A DNA stretch of 7,214 nt, taken from the NCBI RefSeq assembly GCF_006345805.1, contig NW_021828931.1:1-7214 (forward strand). Direction: 5' to 3'. The translations under genes were made by a program, and so were the position numbers. The notes below the pieces were generated by a model. That model did no database searches, was not told where the DNA came from, and worked only from the letters and a program-made list of their open reading frames with translations. The DNA is from Octopus sinensis (taxonomy: Eukaryota). Positions 5,968-7,214 of this stretch are shown here, in pieces. The stretch's first letter is position 1. Each line of letters opens with the position of its first letter.

Positions 5968-6031
5968 ATATATATGTATGAATTTATATGTATGTATATA
6001 CGTATATGTGCATGTATATATTCATGCATAT
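5818..6031. repeat. (TC)/(TATC) repeats followed by an imperfect (TA)n/(TATG) microsatellite
   Basis: Directly visible. Confidence 0.9.
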
Positions 6032-6246
6032 AGTTACGTGTTTACTATGAATGTGAAACAAGTTCTACAAAAACCAACAAAAAACAGAAACAAAGAAGGG
6101 CTTGCTCCCCTTCCCCTCCAACACCCCCTAATATTGCTCTCCTTTCCTTCTTGCTCCTCTTCCTCTTTCTCTCACAAAATCTTAAAGTCTGTTAGTGAAT
6201 GTCTTGAAGTCAAAGTTTTGTTTTGTTGGAGAGTTTTTCGGTGGAC

Positions 6247-6277
6247 CTGAAATAAAACGAGAGAAACAAGAAAAATT
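6247..6277 (-). promoter_or_regulatory. Candidate 3' splice acceptor (same strand as the PLAT gene)
   Basis: The minus strand reads aatttttcttgtttctctcgttttatttcag|gtccac, a long polypyrimidine tract plus CAG|G. A possible branch motif TTCTGAC lies at 6309-6303. Confidence 0.45.
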
Positions 6278-6333
6278 GATAATTTTACCCCAATTTAAAC
6301 AAGTCAGAACAGTTATAAGTGTTATCATTACTA

Positions 6334-6344
6334 ACACACACTCG

Positions 6345-6401
<57 letters not shown>

Positions 6402-6446
6402 CCACACCACATACACCACAACCACACAATTACACACACAACATAC
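6334..6446. repeat. Imperfect (CA)n microsatellite
   Basis: Directly visible. Confidence 0.93.
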
Positions 6447-6534
6447 AAGCTAGAACAAAATTTGTTTCAACACGAGTTCATAGTTCACTTCAAGAATCTG
6501 TCAAGTGAAATGCAAAATCGATGTTTTGTGTGTG

Positions 6535-6536
<2 letters not shown>

Positions 6537-6570
<34 letters not shown>
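6537..6570. repeat. (TA)17 microsatellite
   Basis: Perfect TA run. Confidence 0.95.
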
Positions 6571-6573
<3 letters not shown>

Positions 6574-6659
6574 GAAGAAGGTTTTGAAAATGCAATTTAA
6601 AAGATGTTTATTTACTTAACCGGTTTCACTCTTTGGAAAAAGATTGTCAAATGTACATA

Positions 6660-6746
6660 GAATATTATGAATTCAAAAAGTTTTTTTACATAATTGCCAC
6701 AGTTGAATATTATGGAATTCAAAAAATTTTTTTACATAATGCCACA
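6660..6746 (+). repeat. Tandem duplication of a 42 bp unit (6660-6701, 6705-6746)
   Basis: gaatattatg(g)aattcaaaaa(g/a)tttttttacataat(t)gccaca occurs twice, with 1 substitution and 2 single-base indels. Confidence 0.92.
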
Positions 6747-6776
6747 TGTATAAATATAGTCTTTGGTAACAGGGAT

Positions 6777-7214
6777 ATGTTAAGGGTATAAAGAAGTTCC
6801 ACAGTGTGATGAGAATAGTTGGAAAAATGGGCAGAAAAGAATAAAACAAATATATTATTGGAAATTTGTTGCGTTAATTATTGGTTGTTTGCAAAATTGT
6901 CACATTACATGTATATATATACAGTACTTTTGGTAAAAAGGACATGTTAAAGACATAAGGAAGTACCATTAATGGTGAGAATATTTGAAAAATTGGCAGA
7001 AAAAATTTAATGGATATATTATACATCTCAGGTCCGTACAGATATTATGAATTGAAGGCGAGTTTGTTTACTGACCTGTCTGTTTTAGCAGAAATGTTGA
7101 ATTGAGAAAATGTACGCAACACAAATTTCCAATAATATATTTGTTTTATTCTTTTCTGCCCATTTTCCCCAAATATTCTCATCACACTGTTGAACTTCTT
7201 TATACCCTTAACAT
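6777..7214. mobile_element. Long inverted repeat (arms 6777-6874 and 7114-7214), probably part of a foldback/MITE-like DNA element truncated by the window end
   Basis: The arms are reverse complements over ~100 bp (3 substitutions and 3 gap bases by my alignment, ~94%) with a 239 bp spacer. The inverted repeat itself is certain; the element class is inference. Confidence 0.6.

Overview
AT-rich, microsatellite-dense animal genomic DNA. The SINE and MITE sequences resemble Octopus-type repeats as I recall them, so a coleoid cephalopod is likely; this is recollection, not a database search. One convincing gene lies on the minus strand (5671->3767, 634 aa, uninterrupted ORF). It encodes a predicted type I membrane glycoprotein: signal peptide, Thr/Asn-rich segment, one PLAT/LH2 domain, long Ser/Thr mucin-like stalk, Cys pair, basic juxtamembrane motif, one TM helix and a ~25 aa tail. 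On the coding strand the ORF is bracketed by near-pure purine tracts, (AAAG)15 before the ATG and (AGG)6(AAG)36 after the stop. The rest is repeat debris: a CR1/L2-like LINE fragment, a mariner-derived MITE, three tRNA-derived SINE copies in alternating orientation, many simple repeats and several unexplained structures. These are a ~65 nt hairpin with a B-box-like loop, an 80 bp direct repeat whose leading 15 bp are inverted between copies, and a ~100 bp, ~94% identical inverted repeat cut by the window end. There is no CRISPR array, rRNA or intact tRNA. The orphan PLAT-mucin-TM architecture is the best novelty candidate; I cannot show from sequence alone that it is a multi-gene system.
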